NCBI RefSeq assembly: GCF_054482525.1
Contig: NZ_CM137006.1
Length of the DNA stretch: 64,000 nt
Strand: one strand, 5' to 3'
In this document: positions 11,661 to 22,576 of the stretch, one piece after another
How positions within the stretch are numbered: the stretch's first letter is position 1
How the letters are laid out: every line of letters starts with the position of its first letter
Notes under the pieces: generated by a model
What the model saw: the letters and a program-made list of their open reading frames with translations, nothing else
What the model was told of the DNA's origin: nothing
Database searches by the model: none
Made by a program: the position numbers and the translations under genes

Positions 11661-14600
11661 TTATTTCCGTACCCGATGTCGGTGCAGCCACATCAGCTTA
11701 TACGCCGCCGGGATAATAAACAGCGACAGCAAAGGCGCGGTGATCATGCCGCCAATCATCGGCGCGGCAATCCGGCTCATCACCTCTGATCCTGCCCCCG
11801 TTCCCCACAGAATCGGCAGCAGACCAGCGATAATCACCGCCACCGTCATCGCTTTCGGGCGCACGCGCAGGACCGCGCCGTGATACAACGCCTCATCCAG
11901 CTTCTGCTCGCTGAATGTTTGCGGATTATTCAACGACGGCTCGGCCTCTATGGCGTGACGTAAATACATCAGCATCACCACGCCAAATTCGGCGGCGACC
12001 CCGGCAAGGGCAATAAAACCGGTGCCCGTCGCCACGGAAAGATGAAAGCCCATCCACCACAGCAACCAGATGCCGCCCACCAGCGCAAACGGTACGCTGC
12101 TGATAATCAGCAACGCTTCGCCCACCCGACGGAACGCCAAATACAACAGCACGAAGATGATCATCAACGTCATCGGCACCATGAGTTTCAGCTTATGGTT
12201 GGCGCGTTCCAGTAGCTCGAACTGCCCGGAGAATGCCACGCTGGTGCCCGGTTTTAACTGCACTTTTTCAGCTATCGCTTTTTGCAGATCGTGAACCACC
12301 GACACCATGTCACGATCGCGGGCATCGATATAAATCCAGCTCGTCGGGCGCGCATTCTCGGTTTTCAGCATCGACGGTCCGGTAGAGACTTTAACGTCGG
12401 CCACGTCTGCCAGGGTGATTTGCTGCTTCATCGGCGTCAGGATCGGCAACTGGCGCAGTGCCTGCGGACTATCGCGCCAGCTTTGCGGATAACGCAGATT
12501 AATTGGATAACGGGCAATCCCTTCCACCGTTTCGCCAACCATCGCCCCGCCCACCGCAGAAGTCACAAACAACTGCACATCCGCCACCGTCATACCGTAA
12601 CGCGCGGCTTTTTCACGGTTAATCTCAACGTTGATATAGCGCCCACCTTCCAGACGCTCGGCAAGCGCAGAAGCTACGCCTGGCACCGTTCGCGCCACTT
12701 CTTCAATTTGCTCCGCCATCGCGTCGATATCCGCCAGCACAGTGCCGGAAACTTTAATGCCGATGGGGCTTTTAATGCCAGTCGAGAGCATATCGATACG
12801 GTTACGAATTGGCGGCACCCACAGATTCGCCAGCCCCGGCAGCCGCACGGTGTTATCCAGTTCCTCGATGATTTTGTCCATCGTCATGCCTGGCCGCCAC
12901 TGATCTTGTGGCTTAAGCTGGATGGTCGTTTCTACCATCTCCAGCGGAGCAGAATCGGTGGCGGTTTCCGCTTTCCCGGTTTTGCCAAATACCCGCGCCA
13001 CTTCAGGTACGCTCATAATCAGCTTGTCGGTTTTTTGCAGCATACTCGCCGCCTCTGCTGCGGAAATCCCCGGCAGCGTCGATGGCATATACAACAAGTC
13101 GCCTTCATTGATCTGCGGTAAAAATTCCCCGCCAACTTTATTGAGCGGCCAGAGAACCGTCAGCACCGAAAGCGCCGCCACCAGCAGCGTGGTTTTCGGC
13201 CAGTGCAGTACTTTCAGCAACAGCGGATGATAAACACGAATCAAAAAGCGATTGAGCGGGTTACTGCTTTCCGGCGGAATTTTGCCACGGATCCAGTAGC
13301 CCATCAGGATAGGGATCACTACGATCGCCAGCAGCGCCGCACCCGCCATCGCATACGTTTTGGTGAACGCCAGCGGGCCAAACAGATGCCCTTCCTGCCC
13401 TTCCAGGGTGAAGATCGGGATAAACGACAACGTGATAATCAGCAGACTGATAAACAGCGCCGGCCCCACTTCAACAGATGCATCGGTGATCACCTGCCAG
13501 CGCGTTTTATTATCCAGCGTGGCGTCAGGATGCTGGTGCTGCCACTCTTCCAGCCGTTTATGTGCATTCTCGATCATGACGATAGCGGCATCGACCATCG
13601 CCCCGACGGCAATCGCAATACCGCCCAGCGACATAATATTGGCGTTCAGTCCCTGAAAGTGCATGACAATAAAAGCAATACACAACCCCAGCGGCAACGA
13701 AATAATCGCCACCAGCGCCGAGCGCACATGCCAGAGAAACAGCGCACAGACTACCGCCACCACAATAAACTCTTCCAGCAACTTGCCGCTGAGGTTGTCG
13801 ATGGCGCGGTCAATGAGCTGGCTGCGATCGTATGTTGTAACTATCTCCACGCCTTCCGGCAGACTGCTTTTCAGCGTTTCCAGTTTGTCTTTCACGGCGG
13901 CGATCACTTCTCGGGCGTTTTTGCCGGAGCGCAGGATCACCACCCCGCCCGCCACTTCGCCTTCGCCGTTCAGTTCGGCAATGCCCCGGCGCATCTCCGG
14001 GCCAATCTGGACCTTCGCAACATCGCGCAGATAAACGGGCACGCCATTTTCACTGGCTTTTAAAACGATGTGATTAAAGTCGTCGAGCGTTTGCAGATAG
14101 CCGCTGGCGCGCACCATATATTCCGCTTCCGCCAGTTCGATCGACGAACCGCCCGCTTCCTGGTTTGAAGCATCCAGCGCGCTTTTTACTTCGGCGAGAC
14201 TGATGCCATATTGCGCCAGGCGCTGAGGATCGATAACCACCTGATACTCTTTCACCACACCGCCTACCGACGCCACTTCCGCAACGTCAGGAATGGTTTT
14301 CAGCTCATATTTGAGAAACCAGTCCTGCAATGAGCGTAAATCGGCAAGATCGTGCTTACCGCTGCGATCCACCAGTGCATATTCATAGATCCAGCCAACA
14401 CCCGTGGCATCTGGCCCCAGCTCGGCGCTGACTCCCGCAGGCAGCTTACCCTGTACCTGGTTGAGGTACTCCAGCACCCGCGAGCGCGCCCAGTATGGAT
14501 CGGTGCCATCTTCGAAAATGACATACACATAAGAGTCGCCAAACTGCGAGAAACCGCGCACAGTCTTCGCGCCAGGCACCGACAACATAGTGGTGGTTAG

Positions 14601-14804
14601 CGGATAAGTCACCTGATTTTCAACGATTTGCGGTGCCTGACCGGGATAGCTGGTTTTAATAATCACCTGCACATCGGAGAGATCCGGCAGCGCATCCACT
14701 GGCGTGTTAATGATGGTCCAGGTGCCCCAGATACTCAGAAACAACGCGCCCATCAGCACCAGAAAACGGTTCGCCACCGAGCGACGAATAATCCATTCAA
14801 TCAT
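11661..14804 (-). CDS. cusA: Cu(I)/Ag(I) efflux RND transporter CusA
   Basis: 1047-aa ORF; RND permease; operon context cusCFBA. Confidence 0.93.
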   Translation of the reverse strand: MIEWIIRRSVANRFLVLMGALFLSIWGTWTIINTPVDALPDLSDVQVIIKTSYPGQAPQIVENQVTYPLTTTMLSVPGAKTVRGFSQFGDSYVYVIFEDGTDPYWARSRVLEYLNQVQGKLPAGVSAELGPDATGVGWIYEYALVDRSGKHDLADLRSLQDWFLKYELKTIPDVAEVASVGGVVKEYQVVIDPQRLAQYGISLAEVKSALDASNQEAGGSSIELAEAEYMVRASGYLQTLDDFNHIVLKASENGVPVYLRDVAKVQIGPEMRRGIAELNGEGEVAGGVVILRSGKNAREVIAAVKDKLETLKSSLPEGVEIVTTYDRSQLIDRAIDNLSGKLLEEFIVVAVVCALFLWHVRSALVAIISLPLGLCIAFIVMHFQGLNANIMSLGGIAIAVGAMVDAAIVMIENAHKRLEEWQHQHPDATLDNKTRWQVITDASVEVGPALFISLLIITLSFIPIFTLEGQEGHLFGPLAFTKTYAMAGAALLAIVVIPILMGYWIRGKIPPESSNPLNRFLIRVYHPLLLKVLHWPKTTLLVAALSVLTVLWPLNKVGGEFLPQINEGDLLYMPSTLPGISAAEAASMLQKTDKLIMSVPEVARVFGKTGKAETATDSAPLEMVETTIQLKPQDQWRPGMTMDKIIEELDNTVRLPGLANLWVPPIRNRIDMLSTGIKSPIGIKVSGTVLADIDAMAEQIEEVARTVPGVASALAERLEGGRYINVEINREKAARYGMTVADVQLFVTSAVGGAMVGETVEGIARYPINLRYPQSWRDSPQALRQLPILTPMKQQITLADVADVKVSTGPSMLKTENARPTSWIYIDARDRDMVSVVHDLQKAIAEKVQLKPGTSVAFSGQFELLERANHKLKLMVPMTLMIIFVLLYLAFRRVGEALLIISSVPFALVGGIWLLWWMGFHLSVATGTGFIALAGVAAEFGVVMLMYLRHAIEAEPSLNNPQTFSEQKLDEALYHGAVLRVRPKAMTVAVIIAGLLPILWGTGAGSEVMSRIAAPMIGGMITAPLLSLFIIPAAYKLMWLHRHRVRK

Positions 14805-14815
14805 TGGTTATTCCC

Positions 14816-16039
14816 TCAATGCGCATGGGTAGCACTTTCAGAGCGCATCCGCTCCAGTGCGCCAGAAATATTGGCTTCGGAATCAATCAGGAACAGGCCG
14901 CTGGAAACCACCTTTTCACCTTCCGCCAGACCAGAGCGTAATGCGGTGACGCCTTGCGATGCCTGGAAAACGGCAACGCGTTTCGGTACAAAGCGCCCGT
15001 CGGCATCAACGGTAATCACCCGCTGTTCGCTGCCGGTATCAATCAGCGCTTGTGACGGAATGAGCAGCATCGGTTCGCTGGCGGTGTTGAGTTGCAACCA
15101 GGCGTTCATTCCCGGCTTTAGCGCCTCGTCGGTGTTGTCGACTTCCAGGCGCAGCTGCAGCGTGCGGGTTGCGGCATCCACGCCGGGTAGCAGCGTCCAT
15201 TTGCGGATGGTGAGTGTTTTATCAGGTCGCGCCGGAACGGTGAGCGTAAACTGCGAGGCATCTTTCACCAGCCAGGCGATGGACTCCGGGATCGCGGCAG
15301 TGATCCACACCGGGTCCATACCCTGAATTTTCGCGACCACGTTATCTTTGGCGATATTCATTCCCGCGCGCAGATCAAACGCGGTGATCACGCCATCAAT
15401 GGGCGCTTTGAGCGTAAAGCGAGTCTGTATTTTTTGCGTGGCGATCAGGCGGCGAATATCCGCCTCCGGCATTCCCGCCAGTCGCAGTCGCTCAAGAATG
15501 CCTTCAGTCTGGGTCGCCGTACCGCCGGTTTCGCGCAGCAGTAAATACTCACTCTGCGCTTCCACCCAGTCGGGAATGGTCAGGTCGAGAAGCGGTGTGC
15601 CCTTTTGCACTTTATCGCCCACGGTAAGCGGATACACCTTGTCGATAAACCCGGCAGCGCGAGCCTGCACAATGGCATACTGATACTCGTTGTAACTGAC
15701 ATTCGCCGGGAAACTCTGGGCAAAAGTCAGCGGTCCGCGCGTGACGGTAGCCGTTTTCACCCCCAGATTCTGCGTCTGGGTCGGGTCAATGCGTACACCA
15801 GACGCAGAACTCTCTTCATCGGCATATTTCGGCACCAGATCCATATCCATAAACGGCGATTTACCTGGTTTATCGAACCGCGTATTGGGATACATCGGGT
15901 CGTACCAGAATAAGATTTTACGTTCTGCGGTCGGCGTTTTTTCTGCGGGCGGTTCAGCCTTTGCAAACCAGGTAAAACCTGCCGCAGAAATAATACCGCC
16001 CGCGATCATGCTGCCGATAATAAGCGCGATTTTTTTCAT
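14816..16039 (-). CDS. cusB: Cu(I)/Ag(I) efflux membrane fusion protein CusB
   Basis: 407-aa ORF with signal peptide, immediately upstream of cusA. Confidence 0.92.
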   Translation of the reverse strand: MKKIALIIGSMIAGGIISAAGFTWFAKAEPPAEKTPTAERKILFWYDPMYPNTRFDKPGKSPFMDMDLVPKYADEESSASGVRIDPTQTQNLGVKTATVTRGPLTFAQSFPANVSYNEYQYAIVQARAAGFIDKVYPLTVGDKVQKGTPLLDLTIPDWVEAQSEYLLLRETGGTATQTEGILERLRLAGMPEADIRRLIATQKIQTRFTLKAPIDGVITAFDLRAGMNIAKDNVVAKIQGMDPVWITAAIPESIAWLVKDASQFTLTVPARPDKTLTIRKWTLLPGVDAATRTLQLRLEVDNTDEALKPGMNAWLQLNTASEPMLLIPSQALIDTGSEQRVITVDADGRFVPKRVAVFQASQGVTALRSGLAEGEKVVSSGLFLIDSEANISGALERMRSESATHAH

Positions 16040-16054
16040 CTCATTAAACCTGGG

Positions 16055-16387
16055 TTACTGGCTGACTTTAATATCCTGTAATAAAGAAAGGTTGCCCTGC
16101 TGGACAAAATTAAACGCCACTTTGTCGCCGGTTTTAATTTCACTCATTTTCGTCTGCGGGGTGATGGTAAAGCGCATGGTCATCTCCGGCCAGTTCACGG
16201 CAGCAATCGGATCGTGATGGATGGTGATTTTTTTGCTTTCCAGATCAATACCTTTTACCACGCCAGTGGCGCTAATAACCTGTGGTTGTGCTTCGCTCAT
16301 GGTTTCATGATGATGTTCGTTAGCCTGGGCATTAAAGCCAATAACAGTAAACAGACTGAACATTACGACTTGCAGTGCTTTTTTCAT
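16055..16387 (-). CDS. cusF: Periplasmic copper/silver chaperone CusF
   Basis: 110-aa ORF with signal peptide and His/Met-rich motif (ANEHHHETMSEAQPQ). Confidence 0.9.
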   Translation of the reverse strand: MKKALQVVMFSLFTVIGFNAQANEHHHETMSEAQPQVISATGVVKGIDLESKKITIHHDPIAAVNWPEMTMRFTITPQTKMSEIKTGDKVAFNFVQQGNLSLLQDIKVSQ

Positions 16388-16414
16388 TTATTCTCTCCTG
16401 GAGTTAAAAGTCAT

Positions 16415-16540
16415 ACTCTAAATAATTCGAGTTGCAGGAAGGCGACAAGCGAGTGAGTCCCCAGGAGCTTACATAAGTAAGTGACTGGGGTGAGCGAACG
16501 CAGACGCAGCACATGCAACTTGAAGTATGACGAGTATATT
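16415..16540. repeat. ERIC (IRU) repetitive element in the cusF-cusC intergenic region
   Basis: Contains gtgagtccccaggagcttacataagtaagtgactggggtgagcg, matching the ERIC core from memory. Ends are approximate. Confidence 0.75.
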
Positions 16541-16544
16541 GCTG

Positions 16545-17918
16545 TCAACCGCCACCAAGTGCGGCATATAAAGAAATTTCGTTAACCTGACGGGCATAAT
16601 TCAGGTCAAGTAAAGTTTGTCGGGTTGCAAATAAAGAACGTTCGGCATCCAGCACTTCCAGATAGCTTACTGCGCCGTGCTGATATAATGCCCGCGCCCG
16701 TTGCAAAGTAATTTGCAGCGACGCCAGATAACGCTGCTGGGCGCTGATTTGATCGTTCAGGCTTTGACGTAATGCCAGCGCATCTGCCACTTCTTTAAAG
16801 GCGTTCTGGATTTTCTGTTCATAATTCACCACCGATTGCTGCTGGCGAATTTCGGCGATATCCAGATTGGCCTGGTTGCGTCCGGCATTAAAAATGGGGA
16901 TCTCAATTTTAGGAATAAAATTCCACATCCCGCTGCTGGCGTTAAATAATGACGACAGATCGCTGCTGGCGGTTGATATTCCGCTGGTCAGGCTTATAGA
17001 TGGGAAAAATGCCGCGCGTGCGGCCCCAATATTGGCATTAGCCGCCATTAACGCGTGTTCAGCTTCCATAATATCCGGGCGCTGCAATAAGATTTGCGAC
17101 GACAAGCCCGCCGGTAATTTAACGCTTTGCAGGCTGTCGCTGTTTACTGTCTGCGCTTGCGGCAGCTTGCCGTAGCTTCCCAATAACAGTTGCAATGCAT
17201 TATTCGCCTGCGCCAGTTCCCCCTGACGTTTAGCGATGTCGCTGCGGGTACTTTCAATCACCCCGCGAGCCTGTTCCAGCGCCAGAACATTGCTGCTACC
17301 TGTCAACAGTTGTTTTTCGACAAACGCATATGACTGCTGATAATTACGCAGCGTTTCTTCGGCGATTTGCAATTGCGCATACGCCAGCTGCTGATTGAAA
17401 TAGCTTTGCGCGACATTAGAAACCAGCAGAATATGCACCGCGCGCTGGGCTTCCTCAGTGGCTAAATAATTTTGGCGCTCGGCTTCGCTCATGTTCTTTA
17501 AGCGACCGAAAAAATCGAGATCAAAGCTGGCGTTAAGGCCAGTCGAGAACTCCCGCGTCGTGGCTGAATCGCCTTTAAGATTGCCGCTCCAGCTGCCGCT
17601 GCCCTCGCCATTGAGCTGTGGGTAGCGGTCGGCATCGGTCAGACGATATTGCGCCCGCGCTTCCTGCACTTTCAGCGTCGCCATGCGCAAATCCCGGTTA
17701 TTCACCAGCGCCTCGCTAATCAGCGTCTTCACCTGATTATCAACAAAAAAGGTGCGCCAGCCCGCGTTCTGGTAGTTATCTGCTGCGTTAACCAGGCCGT
17801 TCTGGTTGAGTGAGAACTGCTGCGGCACGGGCATTGCCGGGCGCTGATAATCCGGTGCCAGTGAACAACCGGTTAGCGCAAGGGCCACACAAAATGGCAG
17901 AAGTTTACAAGGAGACAT
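16545..17918 (-). CDS. cusC: Outer membrane efflux channel CusC (TolC-like lipoprotein)
   Basis: 457-aa ORF with lipoprotein signal (LTGCSLA). Confidence 0.92.
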   Translation of the reverse strand: MSPCKLLPFCVALALTGCSLAPDYQRPAMPVPQQFSLNQNGLVNAADNYQNAGWRTFFVDNQVKTLISEALVNNRDLRMATLKVQEARAQYRLTDADRYPQLNGEGSGSWSGNLKGDSATTREFSTGLNASFDLDFFGRLKNMSEAERQNYLATEEAQRAVHILLVSNVAQSYFNQQLAYAQLQIAEETLRNYQQSYAFVEKQLLTGSSNVLALEQARGVIESTRSDIAKRQGELAQANNALQLLLGSYGKLPQAQTVNSDSLQSVKLPAGLSSQILLQRPDIMEAEHALMAANANIGAARAAFFPSISLTSGISTASSDLSSLFNASSGMWNFIPKIEIPIFNAGRNQANLDIAEIRQQQSVVNYEQKIQNAFKEVADALALRQSLNDQISAQQRYLASLQITLQRARALYQHGAVSYLEVLDAERSLFATRQTLLDLNYARQVNEISLYAALGGG

Positions 17919-17986
17919 AGGCTCATAATTTCTGGTGATTTTATGCCGCCAACTTTACTCGCCAGGCTCTGATTTTCCGGTGACAG

Positions 17987-18008
17987 GAAAATGACAAAAT
18001 TGTCATTT
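17987..18008. promoter_or_regulatory. CusR box palindrome in the divergent cusC / cusRS promoter region
   Basis: Perfect inverted repeat aaaatgacaa-aa-ttgtcatttt. Confidence 0.7.
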
Positions 18009-18074
18009 TGCCAATAAGCGATTGCCATCTGATCCCGCTACTCTAGAATTGCCCGGGCAACATGCGGAGGAAAT

Positions 18075-18758
18075 ATGAAACTGTTGATTGTCGAAGATGA
18101 AAAGAAAACCGGAGAATACTTGACCAAAGGGTTAACCGAAGCCGGTTTTGTGGTCGATTTGGCCGACAACGGGCTGAATGGCTACCATCTGGCGATGACC
18201 GGTGATTATGACCTGATAATCCTCGATATTATGCTGCCGGACGTGAACGGCTGGGATATCGTGCGCATGTTGCGCTCCGCCAATAAAGGGATGCCGATTC
18301 TGTTGCTTACCGCGCTTGGCACCATTGAACATCGCGTCAAGGGGCTGGAGTTGGGGGCAGATGACTACCTGGTGAAGCCGTTCGCTTTTGCTGAACTGCT
18401 GGCGCGGGTGCGCACTCTACTGCGGCGCGGGGCGGCGGTGATTATCGAAAGTCAGTTTCAGGTTGCCGATCTGATGGTCGATCTCGTCAGCCGCAAAGTC
18501 ACCCGCAGCGGTACGCGCATCACTCTGACCAGTAAAGAGTTTACTCTGCTGGAGTTTTTCCTTCGCCATCAGGGCGAAGTGCTGCCCCGCTCGCTTATCG
18601 CCTCGCAGGTATGGGACATGAATTTTGACAGCGATACCAACGCTATTGATGTGGCGGTGAAGCGGCTACGCGGCAAAATCGACAACGACTTTGAGCCGAA
18701 GCTAATTCAGACCGTGCGCGGCGTGGGTTACATGCTTGAGGTGCCGGATGGTCAGTAA
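18075..18758 (+). CDS. cusR: Copper-responsive response regulator CusR (OmpR family)
   Basis: 227-aa [23 protein letters not shown]... Confidence 0.93.
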
Positions 18759-20190
18759 GCCATTTCAGCGCCCGTTTTCGCTGGCAACCCGCCTGACCTT
18801 TTTTATCAGCCTGGCCACCATCGCGGCTTTTTTCGCCTTTGCATGGATCATGATCCACTCAGTAAAAGTGCATTTTGCCGAGCAGGATATTAATGATTTA
18901 AAAGAAATTAGCGCCACCCTTGAACGGGTACTTAATCATCCTGACGAGACGCAAGCCCGACGCTTAATGACGCTGGAAGATATCGTCAGTGGTTATTCCA
19001 ATGTGTTGATTTCCCTGGCAGATAGCCACGGTAAAACGGTGTATCACTCCCCCGGTGCGCCGGATATCCGTGAGTTTACGCGTGACGCCATACCCGATAA
19101 AGACACGCGGGGCGGCGAGGTGTATCTCCTTTCCGGCCCGACGATTATGATGCCAGGGCACGGTCACGGGCATATGGAACACAGCAACTGGCGGATGATT
19201 AACTTGCCAGTTGGCCCGTTGGTGGACGGCAAACCGATTTATACGCTTTACATCGCGCTTTCGATCGATTTTCATCTTCATTACATAAATGATTTGATGA
19301 ATAAACTTATTATGACCGCATCGATCATCAGCATCCTGATCGTCTTTATCGTGCTATTGGCGGTACATAAAGGTCACTCGCCGATCCGCAGCGTCAGCCG
19401 TCAAATCCAGAACATTACCTCGAAAGATCTAGACGTTCGCCTTGACCCGCAGACCGTGCCGATTGAGCTGGAACAGTTGGTACTGTCGTTCAACCATATG
19501 ATCGAGCGTATTGAGGATGTCTTTACCCGCCAGTCCAATTTCTCAGCGGATATCGCCCACGAAATTCGTACACCAATTACGAATCTCATAACGCAAACCG
19601 AAATCGCCCTCAGCCAGTCGCGCAGCCAGAAGGAACTGGAAGATGTGCTCTACTCTAATCTCGAAGAGCTGACGCGAATGGCGAAAATGGTCAGCGATAT
19701 GCTGTTTCTCGCTCAGGCCGATAACAACCAGTTAATCCCCGAAAAGAAAATGCTCAACCTGGCGGATGAAATCGGCAAAGTGTTCGATTTTTTCGAGGCG
19801 CTAGCGGAAGATCGCGGCGTGGAACTGCGGTTTGTTGGCGACAAGTGTCAGGTCGCGGGCGATCCGCTGATGCTGCGTCGGGCGTTAAGCAACCTGCTTT
19901 CTAATGCCCTGCGTTATACGCCCCCCGGAGAGGCAATTGTAGTGCGCTGCCAGACGGTCGATCACCAGGTGCAAATTACCGTCGAAAACCCCGGTACGCC
20001 CATTGAGCCCGAACACTTACCGCGATTGTTTGACCGTTTCTATCGCGTTGACCCCTCCCGCCAGCGAAAAGGTGAAGGTAGCGGTATTGGCCTGGCGATA
20101 GTGAAATCGATTGTTGTCGCACATAAAGGCACGGTTGCCGTAACGTCAGATGCGCGGGGAACAAGGTTTATTATCACATTACCCGCTTAA
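18748..20190 (+). CDS. cusS: Copper-sensing histidine kinase CusS
   Basis: About 480 aa from [10 protein letters not shown]; two TM segments, HAMP and HisKA/HATPase motifs; overlaps the cusR stop. Confidence 0.92.
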
Positions 20191-20339
20191 TTATTCAGCA
20201 AACGGCAACTTTTATAACCAGTGTAAAAATAACGTGCCGCAATAGTCATACCTATTAATGATAAAAAGCTGTCACAATTCATAAAAAACCTTAATATACG
20301 CCACCCTAAACATAACCAGCGTTAATGTAAGGTTTTTGT

Positions 20340-22576
20340 GTGGACTGGCTTCTTGATGTTTTTGCTACCTGGCTCTACGGCTTAAAAGTAATCGCGATAA
20401 CGTTAGCGGTCATCATGTTCATCAGCGGGCTGGACGATTTTTTTATTGATGTCGTCTACTGGGTACGCCGCATTAAACGCAAGTTGAGTGTTTATCGCCG
20501 CTACCCGCGAATGAGTTACCGCGAACTGTATAAACCAGATGAAAAACCGTTAGCGATTATGGTTCCGGCGTGGAATGAAACGGGCGTCATCGGCAATATG
20601 GCCGAGCTGGCGGCGACCACGCTCGACTATGAAAACTATCATATCTTTGTTGGCACCTACCCCAACGACCCCGATACTCAGCGTGATGTTGACGAAGTGT
20701 GCGCTCGCTTCCCAAACGTGCATAAGGTAGTCTGCGCGCGTCCTGGCCCCACCAGCAAAGCCGACTGCCTGAACAACGTGCTGGACGCCATCACCCAGTT
20801 TGAGCGTAGCGCCAATTTCGCATTTGCTGGTTTTATTCTGCATGACGCCGAAGATGTGATTTCACCGATGGAATTGCGTCTGTTCAACTATCTGGTCGAG
20901 CGTAAAGATCTGATTCAGATCCCGGTGTACCCATTCGAACGCGAATGGACGCACTTCACCAGCATGACTTACATTGATGAGTTTTCAGAACTGCATGGCA
21001 AAGATGTTCCGGTGCGTGAAGCCCTTGCCGGACAGGTGCCCAGCGCAGGCGTCGGCACCTGTTTCAGCCGCCGCGCCGTGACCGCACTGTTAGCTGACGG
21101 TGACGGTATTGCTTTCGACGTGCAGAGTCTTACTGAAGATTACGACATTGGTTTCCGCCTGAAAGAAAAAGGTATGACGGAAATTTTTGTCCGTTTTCCG
21201 GTGGTGGACGAAGCCAAAGAACGCGAGCAGCGTAAATTTTTACAGCACGCGCGGACGTCAAACATGATCTGCGTGCGCGAATATTTCCCCGATACCTTTT
21301 CGACTGCGGTTCGACAAAAATCTCGCTGGATCATCGGCATTGTTTTCCAGGGCTTTAAAACCCACAAATGGACCTCCAGTCTGACGCTGAACTACTTTCT
21401 CTGGCGCGACCGCAAAGGGGCAATCAGTAACTTTGTCAGCTTCCTCGCGATGCTGGTGATGATCCAGCTTTTGCTGTTGCTGGTGTATGAAAGTTTGTGG
21501 CCCGATGCCTGGCATTTCCTTTCTATTTTCAGCGGCAGCGCATGGTTAATGACTCTGCTGTGGCTAAACTTTGGCTTGATGATTAACCGCATCGTGCAGC
21601 GGGTGATTTTCGTTACTGGCTACTACGGCCTGACGCAGGGGCTGCTATCTGTCCTGCGTCTTTTCTGGGGCAACCTGATTAACTTCATGGCCAACTGGCG
21701 CGCGTTAAAACAGGTACTTCAACACGGCGATCCACGTCGCGTCGCGTGGGATAAAACAACGCATGACTTCCCCAGCGTGACTGGCGATACCCGCTCGTTG
21801 CGTCCGTTAGGTCAAATCCTGCTGGAAAATCAGGTCATCACTGAAGAACAACTCGATACAGCACTGCGTAATCGCGTCGAAGGTCTACGCCTGGGCGGTT
21901 CAATGCTGATGCAGGGGCTGATTAGCGCCGAACAGCTGGCACAGGCGCTGGCAGAGCAAAACGGCGTGGCGTGGGAATCCATCGACGCCTGGCAGATCCC
22001 GTCCTCGCTGATTGCCGAAATGCCGGCCTCCGTGGCGCTGCATTATGCAGTGCTGCCGCTGCGTCTGGAAAATGATGTGTTAATTGTCGGCAGTGAAGAT
22101 GGTATTGACCCGGTTTCGCTGGCAGCCCTGACGCGTAAAGTCGGACGCAAAGTGCGTTACGTCATTGTTCTGCGGGACAAATTGTCACGGGGTTACGTCA
22201 CTGGTATGCACGCCGACGCGGTCACGATCCGCGGGCAATGTTGTACAATGCGGTTCAGCATCAGTGGCTCACGGAACAGCAGGCCGGTGAAATCTGGCGG
22301 CAATATGTGCCGCATCAGTTCCTGTTCGCCGAAATACTGACCACGCTCGGTCATATTAATCGTTCAGCAATTAACGTGTTGTTATTGCGCCATGAACGCA
22401 GTTCTCTGCCGCTCGGCAAGTTTTTGGTCACCGAAGGCGTTATCAGCCAGGAAACGTTGGATCGCGTCCTGACAATTCAACGCGAATTACAAGTTTCGAT
22501 GCAATCACTATTACTCAAAGCAGGTTTAAACACAGAACAGGTTGCGCAACTGGAGTCCGAAAATGAAGGAGAATAA
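20340..22576 (+). pseudogene. nfrB: nfrB (phage N4 adsorption protein B, family 2 glycosyltransferase) with an apparent -1 frameshift near 22200-22240
   Basis: N-terminal 666-aa ORF (20340..22340) and C-terminal 112-aa ORF (22238..22576) are in different frames; total span is 2237 nt, not a multiple of 3; both parts read as one NfrB-like protein. Confidence 0.7.

Noticed and set aside
12070-14063. Several long plus-strand ORFs (74-286 aa) inside cusA
   Set aside because: They lie antisense to the 1047-aa cusA frame, have Arg/His-rich low-complexity translations, and lack independent start or RBS context; typical shadow ORFs of a GC-rich gene.
22542-22562. nfrA start at the TTG given by the ORF track (MRNWSPK...)
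   Set aside because: The ATG at 22563 (MKENNLNRVIGW...) begins a typical signal peptide and gives about 990 aa; the track start appears to be an upstream alternative start codon.
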